Below, in pieces: positions 9,591 through 20,549 of a stretch of 27,517 bases of DNA. The position numbers and the translations under genes are program-made. The stretch comes from Malacoraja senta. Lineage: Eukaryota. The DNA is taken from positions 62,001 to 89,517 of the forward strand of contig JAXLNO010000520.1 of the NCBI GenBank assembly GCA_038087875.1. Reading direction: 5' to 3'. How positions within the stretch are numbered: the first letter of the stretch is position 1; the number at the start of each line of letters is the position of its first letter. The notes under the pieces are model-generated. The model made no database searches. It was given only the letters and a program-made list of their open reading frames with translations, and was not told where the DNA came from.

Positions 9591-10362
9591 TGTTAATATA
9601 GGCCAAATTAGAGGTATTATAAAATGGAGGATCTTTGCATTTGCAAGGCCTGCTTGGCCTCTTTCTGTGAAAAGTTGCAGGTTGTGAGCTGGCGCCAGAA
9701 AGTCTGGACCCTAGATGAATATGCAGGATGAGATGAGGTCCAGATATCCCTTCCTTTGTTAAAATGTATAAGGACTTTTGCAGAGGAGCTCAGAGGTGTT
9801 GCAAATGCAAGGTCAGCATTGGTCAGATAAGGGGGAGTTGTAAATACTGTTAATAATGTGCAAAGTGTTTATGCTGCTGTTTGATGATTGGCTGAAGTGT
9901 GAAACCTTGTTTAAATTGTTTATACAACCTGGGAAAATGTTGCATTACTTTAGTTAACTGACTTCCATCCAGAAGCTCCTGTAGAAACATTGTAATGGAG
10001 TACTTTATAATTGGGTTAGGGAACTGTCAATAACTGTATAATGTAATGGATATTTGTGATTGGTTTGTTGGGGCTGCCACCCCTATTTAGTTTCGCGCCA
10101 CAGGGATCAATGGCCTATAAAGAGTGGTCCCCACGAGGATCGGGGTCGATCTTCTGGAGGGGCGCTTTGGACTGCATGACCTTTTGGAGGTGTCTGCTTG
10201 CACGAGGCTGAAGGGTTTGAACGAGCAGAGGATCGGACCCGCGGTGGTTAGGTATTGTATTTGTTGGAAAGAATAAAGAATAGTTGTTCCGGTGCTTGAC
10301 TCAGTGTTTTATTTAACTAGACTAAGGGGGGGGGGGGTGTAAGCTTTAGGAGCATAATTACA
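9591..10362 (+). mobile_element. Probable solo LTR (about 770 bp)
   Basis: TGTTAAT...ATTACA termini, near-TSD ACCA/ACTA, reverse CCAAT motifs, TATAA near 10116 and AATAAA near 10272. Confidence 0.5.
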
Positions 10363-10529
10363 ACTATAGTAAGGGGCCAGTCGTCTTTCCAACATGGCTT
10401 TCCCAGGTGGCTGCATCAGTTTAACCTATTGTGACTACCTACTGTAGATAATGAGTATTGGTGGATATAAATGATGTCCAAAATGAGCAGATTCCAGGCT
10501 TAGTCAAAGAAAGACACAAAATGCTGGAG

Positions 10530-12096
10530 TTCAGTTCTGAACAGTTCAGTTCAGTTCAGTTTGTATTTGTCATATGTAGGTTAACACAGGGTCAACAGTA
10601 CAATGAAATGATTTTGACAAGACAAGGGGTCACCTCAGCAATAATATTACAAGGATAAAATTAAGGTAACAAAAAAAAAAGATAAGATGACATTGGTAGG
10701 TAAAAGACAATAATAAATAAAATAATCAACATATATGATATGTTTATGAGTTTGGAAGCCTGATGGCATGATGGTAAAAACTGTTCTTAAGTCTGGTGGT
10801 GCGTGCAGCCATGCTCCTGTATCGTCTGCCTGACGGTAACAAGGAGAACAGTCTGTGTGCTGGGTGGCTGTGGTCCTTGATGATGCTGTGTGCCTTCCGC
10901 AGGCACCGCCTGTGGAAAATGTCCTGAATGGCCGGGAGACAGTTGCCAGTGATGTGCTGTGCTGCCTTCACCACTCTCTGTAGTGATTTGCGGCTGTGGG
11001 CAGAACAGTTCCCGTACCAGACTGTGATGCAGCCCGTCAGCAGGCTCTCAATGGTGCATCTGTGGAAGTTTGTGAGGATGCCGGCGTTCATGCCAAACTT
11101 CCTCAGTCTTCTCAGGAAAAGGAGCCGCAGGCGGGCTTTCTTATTTATTGTGTCCGTGTGCAGTGTCCAAGAGAGGCCCTCAGTGATGTGCACACCGAGG
11201 AACTTGAAGCTGCTGAGCCTTTCAACCTCAGCATCACCGATGTGGATGGGGAGGTGTTCACTCCCCTGCTGTCTCCTGTAGTCCACGATCATCTCTTTAG
11301 TTTTGCTGACATTGAGAGAGAGGTTATTTTCCTGGCACCAGCTGTTTAGTGCCTTTATCTCCTGTCTATAGGCCGTCTCATTATTGTCTGTGATGAGGCC
11401 CAGGATGGTCGTGTCATCAGCAAACTTTAAGATGATGTTGGAGCTGTGCTTAGCAGTACAGTCGTGCGTGACCAGGGAGTACAGGAGAGGATTGAGCACA
11501 CAGCCCTGTGGTGCGCCTGTGTTGAGGATCAGTGAGGAAGAGGTGTGGCTGCCAATTCTCACCACCTGGGGCCTGCCCGTCAGGAAGTCGAATATCCAGC
11601 CGCAGATGGAGTTCTCCAGTCCAAGATCTAGGAGCTTGGGGACCAGTTTTGAGGGAATGATAGTGTTGAATGCCGAGCTGTAGTCAATGAAGAGCATTCT
11701 CACATATGTATTCCCTTTGTCCAGGTGGGTGAGTTGCCATGGCAATGGCATCGTCCGTGGCCCTGTTTGGTCTATACGCAAACTGAAGAGGGTCCAAGGT
11801 GTCAGGGAGAGAGGAGCAGATGTGAGTTTTGACTAGCTGCTCGAAGCACTTCATGATGACTGATGTCAGTGCGACAGGACGGTAGTCATTTAAACAGGAG
11901 AATAATGGTTTCTTTGGAACAGGAACAATGGCGGATGCTTTGAAGGGGGTGGGAACCACAGACTGAAGCAGGGAGAGGTTGAAGATGTTGGTGAACACCT
12001 CTGCCAGTTGATCAGCGCACGCCCTGAGAGCCCGCCCTGGAATACCATCAGGCCCTGGAGCTTTGCGGTCATTGACATTTTTGAAGGACCGCCTCA
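10530..12096 (-). mobile_element. 5'-truncated Rex1/Babar LINE
   Basis: (CTGAA)n tail at about 10531-10560 and a nearly complete RT domain. Confidence 0.92.
10744..12096 (-). pseudogene. Reverse transcriptase, 5'-truncated with one frameshift near 11735
   Basis: [48 protein letters not shown] and FKFLG motifs. Confidence 0.9.
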
Positions 12097-12417
12097 GGAC
12101 GGCATGCTGGCGCAGCGGTAGAGTTACTGCCTTACTGCGCTTGCAGCGCCAAAGACCCGGGTTCGATCCTGACTACAGGTGCTGTGTGTGCGGAGCTTTA
12201 TGCACTCCCCATGACTGCGTGGGTTTTCTCCGTGATCTTCGGTTTCCACCCACACGCCAAATGCGCACATGTCTGTAGGTTAATTGGCTTGGTATAAATG
12301 TAAACCATTATTCCTAGTGAGTGTAGGATAGTGTTAACGTGCGGTGATCGCTGGTCGGGACGGACTCGGTGGGCCGAAGGGCCTGTTTCCGCGTTGTGTC
12401 TCTAAGCTCTAAACTAA
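12097..12417 (+). mobile_element. HE1-like tRNA-derived V-SINE, full length
   Basis: A box TGGCGCAGCGG (12108-12118), B box GGTTCGATCC (12160-12169), central GCGTGGGTTTTCTCCG domain, CR1-like 3' end GGGCCGAAGGGCCTGTTTCC and a CTAAA tail. Confidence 0.88.
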
Positions 12418-12465
12418 GCTCAGTGGGTCAGGCAGCATCCGTGGAGAACATGGATAGGTGATGTT

Positions 12466-13375
12466 TTTTTTTGTTTTTTTAAATATTTTTTTAATCAAAA
12501 ATATGTATTCAAATATTAAAATAGTATTAACAACACAATAAAACAAAACAGAATCCACCACCATAGTACAAGACAAACAAATATACTGTAAACTACTATA
12601 CAACTATATTACAATCCTTGTCCAGGATACATTCAACCCTCCGCGGTGCCCAGCGGTCCCGGAAATCCCCCAGGGTGCCCGTGGACAGGGCGTATGCCCT
12701 TTTAGAAACATAGAAACATAGAAATTAGGTGCAGGAGTAGGCCATTCGGCCCTTCGAGCCTGCACCGCCATTCAATATGATCATGGCTGATCATCCAACT
12801 CAGTATCCCGTACCTGCCTTCTCTCCATACCCTCTGATCCCTTTAGCCACAAGGGCCACATCTAGCTCCCTCTTAAATATAGCCAATGAACTGGCCTCGA
12901 CTACCCTCTGTGGCAGAGAGTTCCAGAGATTCACCACTCTCTGTGTGAAAAAAGTTCTTCTCATCTCGGTTTTAAAGGATTTCCCCCTTATCCTTAAGCT
13001 GTGACCCCTTGTCCTGGACTTCCCCAACATCGGGAGCAATCTTCCTGCATCTAGCCTGTCCAACCCCTTAAGAATTTTGTAAGTTTCTATAAGATCCCCT
13101 CTCAATCTCCTAAATTCTAGAGAGTATAAACCAAGTCTATCCAGTCTTTCTTCATAAGACAGTCCTGACATCCCAGGAATCAGTCTGGTGAACCTTCTCT
13201 GCACTCCCTCTATGGCAATAATGTCCTTCCTCAGATTTGGAGACCAAAACTGTACGCAATACTCCAGGTGTGGTCTCACCAAGACCCTGTACAACTACAG
13301 TAGAACCTCCCTGCTCCTATACTCAAATCCTTTTGCTATGAAAGCTAACATACCATTCGCACCCGGGCACGGACG
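12466..13375 (-). mobile_element. 3' end of an L1/Tx1-clade LINE with a poly(A) tail (interrupted by CR1)
   Basis: 15-bp TSD TGGATAGGTGATGTT at 12451-12465 and 13376-13390; poly(T) on the plus strand. Encodes VRARV...RAYALSTGTLGDFRDRWAP. Confidence 0.75.
12703..13360 (-). mobile_element. 5'-truncated CR1 (HER1-like) LINE
   Basis: LVRPHLEYCVQFWSP...RTRGH...FTQRVVNLWNSLP and a (TTTCTATG)n tail. Confidence 0.95.
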
Positions 13376-13435
13376 TGGATAGGTGATGTTGGGATGCTTC
13401 TTCTTTGTCTGAAGTAGGCTCCCTACCCAAAACTA

Positions 13436-13526
13436 CTTGTGAAGAAGACTCCCTGCCGCACTGCTTGTCAGGAACAAAGAATGTCACTGTGACGTGACAT
13501 GTGATAATAAAATATCAATCAATCAA
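13436..13526 (+). mobile_element. Short LINE 3'-end insertion with an (ATCA)n tail
   Basis: AAGAATGTCACTGTG..GTGATAATAAA followed by ATCAATCAATCAA. Confidence 0.5.
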
Positions 13527-13604
13527 ATGTCACACATCCATGTTTTCCCGGGATGCTGATTGATCCACTCAGTTGCTCCAGCATTTTGTGCGTCTTTCCT
13601 CAGT

Positions 13605-14775
13605 AATGAATGAATACTTTATTGTCATTATAACATGTAAACATGTACAACGAAATTAAAAATGCCAACCAGTCAATGCACCATTCACACATTTTCTAAA
13701 AGCAAAAGTCTAAAATAAACAACTAAAATAAATAACATGAAAAAAAACATTCTTCTGTCGATTTCACAGTCCCTTTGGTGTGTAGCGCACCTGCACTCAT
13801 TTGGTGGCTACATTAAGTGTATTTATTGCTGTGGGATAAAAACTGTTTTTGAGTCTGTTTGTCCTTGTCCTCATTGATCTGTACCATCTGCCTGACGGCA
13901 CCAGTTCAAACAGGGAGTGACCGGGGTGGAAAATGTCCTTTATGATCTTCTTGGATTTTTTGAGACAGTGGGAACTGTGTAGGTCCTCCAAGGTGAGGAG
14001 AGGGCAGCCGATAATCTTCTGGGCGTTGTCGATAGCCCTCTGGAGCGCTTTCCTCTTAGCCGCTGTGCAGCTGGTGTACCACACGCATACACAGTATGTT
14101 AAGATGCTCTCTATTGAGCACCGATAAAAGGACAGCAGCAGTCTCTGGGTGATGTTGTTCTTCCTGAGCACCCTCAGGAAGCACAGTCTCTGCTGGACCT
14201 TTTTCAGCAGCGCAGAGGTGTTCACGCTCCATGTCAGGTCCTCCTCAATGTGGATTCCCAGGAAGCGGAAATCCACCACCCTCTCCACACAGTCCCCTCT
14301 GATGATTAGCGGTGTAATGTCCGTTTTCTTCTTTCTGTAATCTATTATGAGCTCCTTGGTCGTTGAGGTGTTGAGAAGCAGGTTATTTTCTCCACACCAC
14401 CCTGTCAGCTGCTCCACCTCATCCCTGTATGCGTACTCATCCCCCCCCAGAGATGAGCCCCACCACCGTGGTGTCATCCGCGAATTTGACAATGGTGTTA
14501 CTGTGGTGGGCGGGGGTGCAGTCATATGTGTAGATGGTGTCAAGCAGGGGGCTCAGCACGCAGCCCTGTGGAGAGCTGGTACTGAGGCTGAGGGCCGTGG
14601 ATGTGTGATGGCCCACTCTGACTCTCTGACTGCGACCCGACAGGAAGCTCTTTATCCACATGCAGGTGGAGTGTGGAAGTCCCAGGTCCCCCAGTTTGTC
14701 CACCAGTTTGTGGGGAAGAATGGTGCTAAAAGCAGAGCTGTAGTCCACAAATAGCATCCGCACGTAGCTCCCCCG
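13605..14775 (-). mobile_element. 5'-truncated Rex1/Babar LINE (RT C-terminal half, frameshift near 14445)
   Basis: YVRMLFVDYSSAF, PQGCVLSP, KFADDTT and RLKNSFYP motifs; (ATTC)n tail. Confidence 0.92.
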
Positions 14776-15784
14776 CAAGCATCCGCAGTTCCTGGTTTCT
14801 GCATCCAGGCTTGGTTAGTGATGGTTTTCTCTTGACTCTCACTGGTTACTGTAATGACGGTCGCGGATAGAAGAATTACTGGCAGCTGCAGAGAATGAAG
14901 TATTGCCGTAGTCTCTGCAAGGCAATTTAACTGTATTGGCAACAATGAATGCTCTTCTGAGAGGAGGAATTTATCAAGGCCGTTACATGGCAGCCTCTAA
15001 AAGCAGTGTGCATCACTGTTATAGTTGATCTGACATCACCTGTAGAGACAAAGAGAGGGAGATCTGGGCTGCTAATCCCAACTTTGATGATCACTAAAAT
15101 TAAAAGCAAGTGAGTGGTGAGGAGGTGGAGGCAAAATGAAATTCTAACAGCTTGGATGTAAGATTTAACTCTCATCTCCATTATACCACATGATTTTGAG
15201 TGCAAAATTATAATTTTTTTTGTAATGGTTTAAAATGTAAAATTCATGATACGGATCAGATTAATGCTATGCTATTAGAAAAAGGCAATTATGGGATCTT
15301 TCAGTTTAACATTCAGGTGACATTCAGCATGGGCAGTGAGAAATCCATAGCTGATTGACTGGTGGCTGTTGTTGGAAAGATATGTTATTTACTGATGTAG
15401 ATTACAGTCAAATCGCATCAAGAATTGATGCATTGATTGATGGACAATGTAAGCCAATATAGCTGAATCTATTGCAATCCAACTCCGTGTCTAAGTTCAT
15501 GCTCATAAAAAAAACTTTTTGAAGGTACCTTTTGAAATTGCTTTTAATTGTCACTGGATTAATTTTCATTCATTCAATCTGCACACTTTACCAAAACAAT
15601 GCAATGGCTTTTGACCATGAAATATAAACTAGCATCTGCAGTTCCTTTCTACAAATACAATATTGGACTGGATTAGTCTGTCCTCCTCATCCTGAATCAC
15701 TTGCCATTGCTGGATTCAGGAGCTTACATTGTTTGGTGTTCTATACACTGGTGGGTGATCAGACCTTGGCATTTGTGGCCCTGC

Positions 15785-15838
15785 GGGATGGGAGATTGCA
15801 ACCTTCACGTGGTCCGCCCTGTTTCGACAAATGCAATC
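15785..15838 (+). ncRNA. Minimal HDV/CPEB3-like self-cleaving ribozyme (predicted)
   Basis: P1 GGGATGG/CCGCCCT, P2 GATTGCA/TGCAATC, P3 ACC/GGT, L3 TTCACGT, P1.1 G15821, mini-P4 T-TTCG-A and J4/2 CAAA with catalytic C15828. G1 is the first base after the TSD. Confidence 0.8.
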
Positions 15839-15915
15839 AACCCGAGGTGCACAATCAAATAAGATCAAATAGAACAAGTTGTCCGACAACTATAGGCTGT
15901 GCACGCCATACGCAA

Positions 15916-15931
15916 GAAGAAGAAGAAGAAG

Positions 15932-15960
<29 letters not shown>
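15916..15960 (+). repeat. (GAA)15 tail
   Basis: Perfect trinucleotide run. Confidence 0.98.
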
Positions 15961-15962
<2 letters not shown>

Positions 15963-16286
15963 GGCCCTGCCTCTGACAGTCTTGGACAGGTTGCCACATT
16001 TCTGGTGTTCAGGATTGGAATGGGAAAAGGACTAGAGTCCAGTTTCCTTGGGCAAATTGGTTCTCTGTCTGATGCCATTTGCAGCACTTGTATCTGCCAA
16101 CAATAGTGAACAGGGACAATAACAAACTTGTTTGCAACTTTCTGGGATATTTATTAAATGCAAGGATGGATGAATGTAAGCTGGTTCACAATAATTTAAT
16201 TCTTATCATCAAGGACGGATAAGAACAGGGGTCTCTGATTCCACAGGTGGATTTTGGCCATGTCATGTTGATCTGTGTGTGGACAG

Positions 16287-16439
16287 GACGTCGAAGGATG
16301 AGAAGCCAAAGCCAAGATGCCGAACGAACATCATGCCGAAAAGCCAAGATACCGAACAGACACCACGTCGAAAGGATACAAACCCGAACGGACACCACGC
16401 CGAAAGGACAAGACGCAGAACGGACATGACGTCGAAAAG
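16287..16439. repeat. 16-bp tandem array with alternating CCGAAC/CCGAAA units
   Basis: Units such as GATGCCGAACGAACAT, CATGCCGAAAAGCCAA and CACGCCGAAAGGACAA; cut off by CR1 at 16440. Confidence 0.8.
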
Positions 16440-18889
16440 TCCAGGTTAGCCGGGAAGTGGTGTTAGATAAATTGAATGGATTAAAGGCCGATAAATCACC
16501 AGGGCCAGATAGGCTGCATCCCAGAGTACTTAAGGAAGTAGCCCCAGAAATAGTGGATGCATTAGTGATAATTTTTCAAAACTCTTTAGATTCTGGAGTA
16601 GTTCCTGAGAATTAGAGGCTAGCTAATATAACCCCACTTTTTAAAAAGGGAGGGCGAGAGAAAACAGGGAATTACAGACCAGTTATCTAACATCGGTAGT
16701 GGGGAAACTGCTAGAGTCAGTTATTAAAGATGGGATAGCTGCACATTTGGAAAATGGTGAAATCATTGGACAAAGTCAGCATGGATTTACGAAAGGTAAA
16801 TCATGTCTGACGAATCTTATAGAATTTTTCGAGGATGTAACTAGTAGAGTCGATAAGGGAGAACCAGTGGATGTGTTATATCTGGACTTTCAGAAGGCTT
16901 TCGACAAGGTCCCACATAAGAGTTTAGTATAAAAACTTAAAGTACACGGTAATGGGGGTTCAGTATTGATGTGGATAGAGAACTGGCTGGCAGACAGGAA
17001 GCAAAGAGTAGGAGTAAACGGGTCCTTTTCCGAATGGCAGGCAGTGATTAGTGGGGTACCGCAAGGCTCAGTGCTGGGACCCCAGCTACTTACAATATAT
17101 ATTAATGATTTGGACGAGGGAAATGAATGCAACATCTTCAAGTTTGCGGATGACACGAAGCTGGGGGCAGTGTTAGCTGTGAGGAGGATGCTAGGAGGCT
17201 GCAAGGTGACTTGGATAGGCTGGGTGAGTGGGCAAATGCATGGCAGATGCAGTATAATGTGGGTAAATGTGAGGTTATCCACTTTGGTGGCAAAAACAGG
17301 AAAGTAGACTATTATCTGAATGGTGGCCGATTAGGAAAAGGGGAGATGCAACGAGACCTGGGTGTCATGGTACACCAGTCATTGAAAGTAGGCATGCAGG
17401 TGCAGCAGGTAGTGAAGAAAGCGAATGGTATGTCAGCATTCATAGCAAAAGGATTTGAGTATAGGAGCAGGGAGGTTCTACTGCAGTTGTACAGGGTCTT
17501 GGTGAGACTACACCTGGAGTATTGCGTACAGATTTGGTCTCCAAATCTGAGGAAAGACATTCTTGCCATAGAGGGAGTACAGAGAAGGTTCACCAGACTG
17601 ATTCCTGGGATGTCAGGATTTTCATATGAAGAAAGACTGGATAGACTAGGCTTGTACTCACTAGAATTTAGAAGATTGAGGGGGTATCTTATAGAAATTT
17701 ACAAAATTCTTAAGGGGTTGGACAGGCTAGATGCAGGAAGATTGTTCCTGATGTTGGGGAAGTCCAGAACAAGGGGTCACAGTTTAAGGATAAGGGGGGA
17801 AATCTTTTAGGACCGAGATGAGAAAAAACATTTTTCAAACAGAGAGTGGTGAATCTCTGGAATTTTCTGCCACAGAAGGTAGTTGAGGCCAGTTCATTGG
17901 CTATATTTAAGAGGAAGTTAGATGTGGCCCTTGTGGCTAAAGGGATCAGGGGGTATGGAGAGAAGGCAGTTTAAGGACAGTTATTTGTTCAGATTCAAGT
18001 TTAGCAGTAAAGAGTTTACAGCACAGCCATTCAGACAGTAGACCAGACATTTTGATTGAAATACAACAAACACTATTCAGAATTCAAATGATGGGGCTTA
18101 CAGTCATATTTTTATGGGTACCTGCACACATTGGCATTAGAGGAAACGAAATGGCAGATAAGGTAGCAAAAGAGGTAGCAAAAAGAAGTAAGATTGATTT
18201 AAGTATTAACATAGGTAAAACTGAAATCAAAGACATTACTAAGCAAAGACTGAAGGAAAGATGGCAAAAGCAATGGGAGGAAGAGCAGAAAGGACGGTGG
18301 TTCTACAGAGTCCAGAGGAAAGTGGGAGAAATGAGATGTGCAGGAAAAAACTGAAAAGAGGAGACAGTAATCTCAAGAATTAGATTTGGACACACTGGTC
18401 TGAACAGTACACGTTTTATAATAGGCAAGCATAATACAGGCAGATGTGAATACTGTGGAAAGAAGAGACAATAGAGCATGTCATTGTACATTGTCAGAGG
18501 TATGAGGACGAGAGAGAACGGATGAGTGAGCAGTTCAGAAAAGAAAGAATACAATTTGATTTGGTAGATATTTTACAAGGAAGTTCATATAAGTGCTATC
18601 AATTCCTGTTGCACTTTCTTAGGGTAACCAATTTGTTCGGAAGGATATAGGTTATTAGTATATGTAATGGTGTTGTTTGATCCACACTCCATGCCAGTTG
18701 GTGGCGGTAATGCACCAAAAAAGTGGTTTGCCAACCGCCAAAAAACACCACATAGAAGAAGAAGGAGAGAAGGCAGGTACAGGATACTGAGTTGGATGAT
18801 CAGCCATGATCATATTGAATGGCGGTGCAGGCTCGAAGGGCCGAATGGCCTACTCCTGCACCTATTTTCTATGTTTCTATGTTTCTATG
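16440..18889 (+). mobile_element. 5'-truncated CR1 (HER1-like) LINE with a disrupted RT, interrupted at 17970-18763
   Basis: [39 protein letters not shown] and KFADDTK motifs; (TTTCTATG)3 tail. Confidence 0.95.
17970..18763 (+). mobile_element. 3' fragment of an I/Nimb-like LINE with RNase H and a CCHC finger
   Basis: 13-bp TSD GGAGAGAAGGCAG at 17957-17969 and 18764-18776. ICSDS, WVPAHIGIRGNEMAD, RIRFGH and CEYC..H....C motifs; (GAA)n tail. Confidence 0.88.
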
Positions 18890-19414
18890 AGGGAGAGGCA
18901 TTTTCAGAATCACTAACAGGAGCTTCAAATGTCTTTACAAAGCTTGCAGCTATTGTCGATACCAGTTATATATTGCAAAGCATTTTAATTTCCTTGCTAT
19001 GTTATCACAGAAAACAAAAAATTGCAGCAGTCACCTGGACTAGATTGAATGGAGAAGGACCATATTCCAAATCCTGCAGTATACAGGCTGTAACAGTAGC
19101 ACGACATGAAGTACCCATGCAAACCAGCAATAGACTGTGGTCTCATCCTAACAGATTAATAACATGGACAGTTTGATCAATAACATCTGATTCTGATAGA
19201 AATTAGAGCAAATGTCTAATTTGGAATGCGAGAAGATAAATCCACCCAGGGATGGACCTCATGCAGTGATACATTCAGATTTTGTTTTACTGATGTAATT
19301 TAGTCCAGCCCCAGACCTCCATTAATTTGGAGTTAAATTGTGAAATTACTCCCTTTGCCCAAGGAATGTGGGACTAAACTTTCTATTCTGGATCTGAAGA
19401 TCTGAAAAGCAGTA

Positions 19415-19960
19415 GAGTCATAGTCAGAGGGTGATACAATGTGGAAACAGGCCCTTCGGCCCTACTTGTCCAAACCGGCCAACACATCCCAGCTACATTA
19501 GTCTACGTTTGACCCATATTGCTCCAAACCTGTACCTGTACCTGTCTAACTTTCTTAAACATTGGGATAGTTCCCGCCTCAATTAACTCCTCTGGCAGCT
19601 TGTTCCATACACCCACCACCCTTTGCGTGAAAATGTTACCCCTCAGATTCCTATTAAATTTTTCCCATTCACCCCTCAACCTCCTGTGCTCAGACCCTCT
19701 ATTCCTGGCAACATCCTCGTAAATCTTCTCTGTGCCCTTTCCAGCTTGACAATATCTCTCCTATAACATGGTGCCTAGAACTGAACACAATACTCTAACC
19801 TCACCAACGTCTTATACAACTGTAACATGACCTCCCAACTTCTATCCTAAAGACTCTGACTGATGATGGCCAATGTGCCAAAAGCCTTTTTGACCACCCT
19901 ATCTACCTGCGACTCCACCTTCAAGGAACCATGCACCTGCATCAAGGACCATGCACCTGT
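19415..19960 (-). mobile_element. Older CR1-family 3' fragment with internal deletions
   Basis: GGAAACAGGCCCTTCGGCCC 3' motif; decayed TQRVV.VWN.LP and EYCVQF.APCY coding. Confidence 0.7.
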
Positions 19961-20549
19961 GAATTTTCTTCGTAAGAGAAGTTCGGACTCTTGGCTTTGA
20001 ATTAAAATGTTTTATACTGCTTCAGACTTGCTGATAATGCTGTTGCTTCTCTTCGTTGCTTGATCAACAGTGTATTCCATGCAGGCTGTAGAACAGTTTC
20101 AGAGAACAAGTTGGCAGATTGAATCAATGTGTCACCTCTCATTTACACCAGGCACTGTTCCAAATCATTCACTCGGCCAATCCTTTCAATACCATCCATG
20201 TGAGCTGTCAAAGTCCATACAGGGAGAGTTGTACAATAATGGAAATTGATAACTCGGCGTTTGTGCAAACTATATCATAATTTACCCTTACTGAGTCTTG
20301 GGATTGAAATTTAGGCTCATGCTCTTTGAAAAACAAAGCATCCTGAACCACAAGAGATTTTTGGCATAACTAATTATAATTCATGCTTCAAAACCATATG
20401 CTGTAGTTCCCATTCTACAACAGTGAATACATTTGAGAGTATTCTATTGGCAGTGAAAGGTTGAGGAATATCCTGAAAGACACATCAATGCAGTTTTGTT
20501 TTGGACATTTGATGAGAAAATTTCATAGAGAAGGGAATAATTGTTTATG

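Larger units (their letters stand above)
10505..14800. mobile_element. Fragmented palindromic Penelope-derived element (pieces 10505-10530, 12418-12465, 13376-13435, 13527-13604, 14776-14800)
   Basis: The pieces rejoin into ACACAAAATGCTGGAGT..CTCAG.GGGTCAGGCAGCATC...CTCCAGCATTTTGTG...GCATC.GCAGTTCC, the same family as 27114-27245. Confidence 0.65.
15785..15960 (+). mobile_element. 176-bp ribozyme-headed non-autonomous retroposon (SINE-like, Vingi-type tail)
   Basis: Perfect 10-bp TSD GTGGCCCTGC at 15775-15784 and 15961-15970. 3' end CATACGCAA(GAA)15. No tRNA A/B boxes. Confidence 0.9.

Noticed and set aside
12100..12180. tRNA gene
   Set aside because: The A and B boxes belong to a SINE head that continues into the V-domain and LINE-like tail; no proper cloverleaf is evident.
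14840..15060. Possible minus-strand host exon after a good acceptor (CTCTCTTTGTCTCTACAG), reading GDVRSTITVMHTAFRGCH
   Set aside because: No recognisable protein, stops in all frames unless a weak donor is used, and no partner exons identified. It would need RNA-seq or conservation data.
15733..16106. ORFs with poly-E, poly-R or poly-L runs
   Set aside because: These are translations of the (GAA)15 retroposon tail.
16287..16439. CRISPR-like appearance of the repeat array
   Set aside because: Units are contiguous 16-mers without unique spacers, there are no cas genes, and the context is vertebrate.
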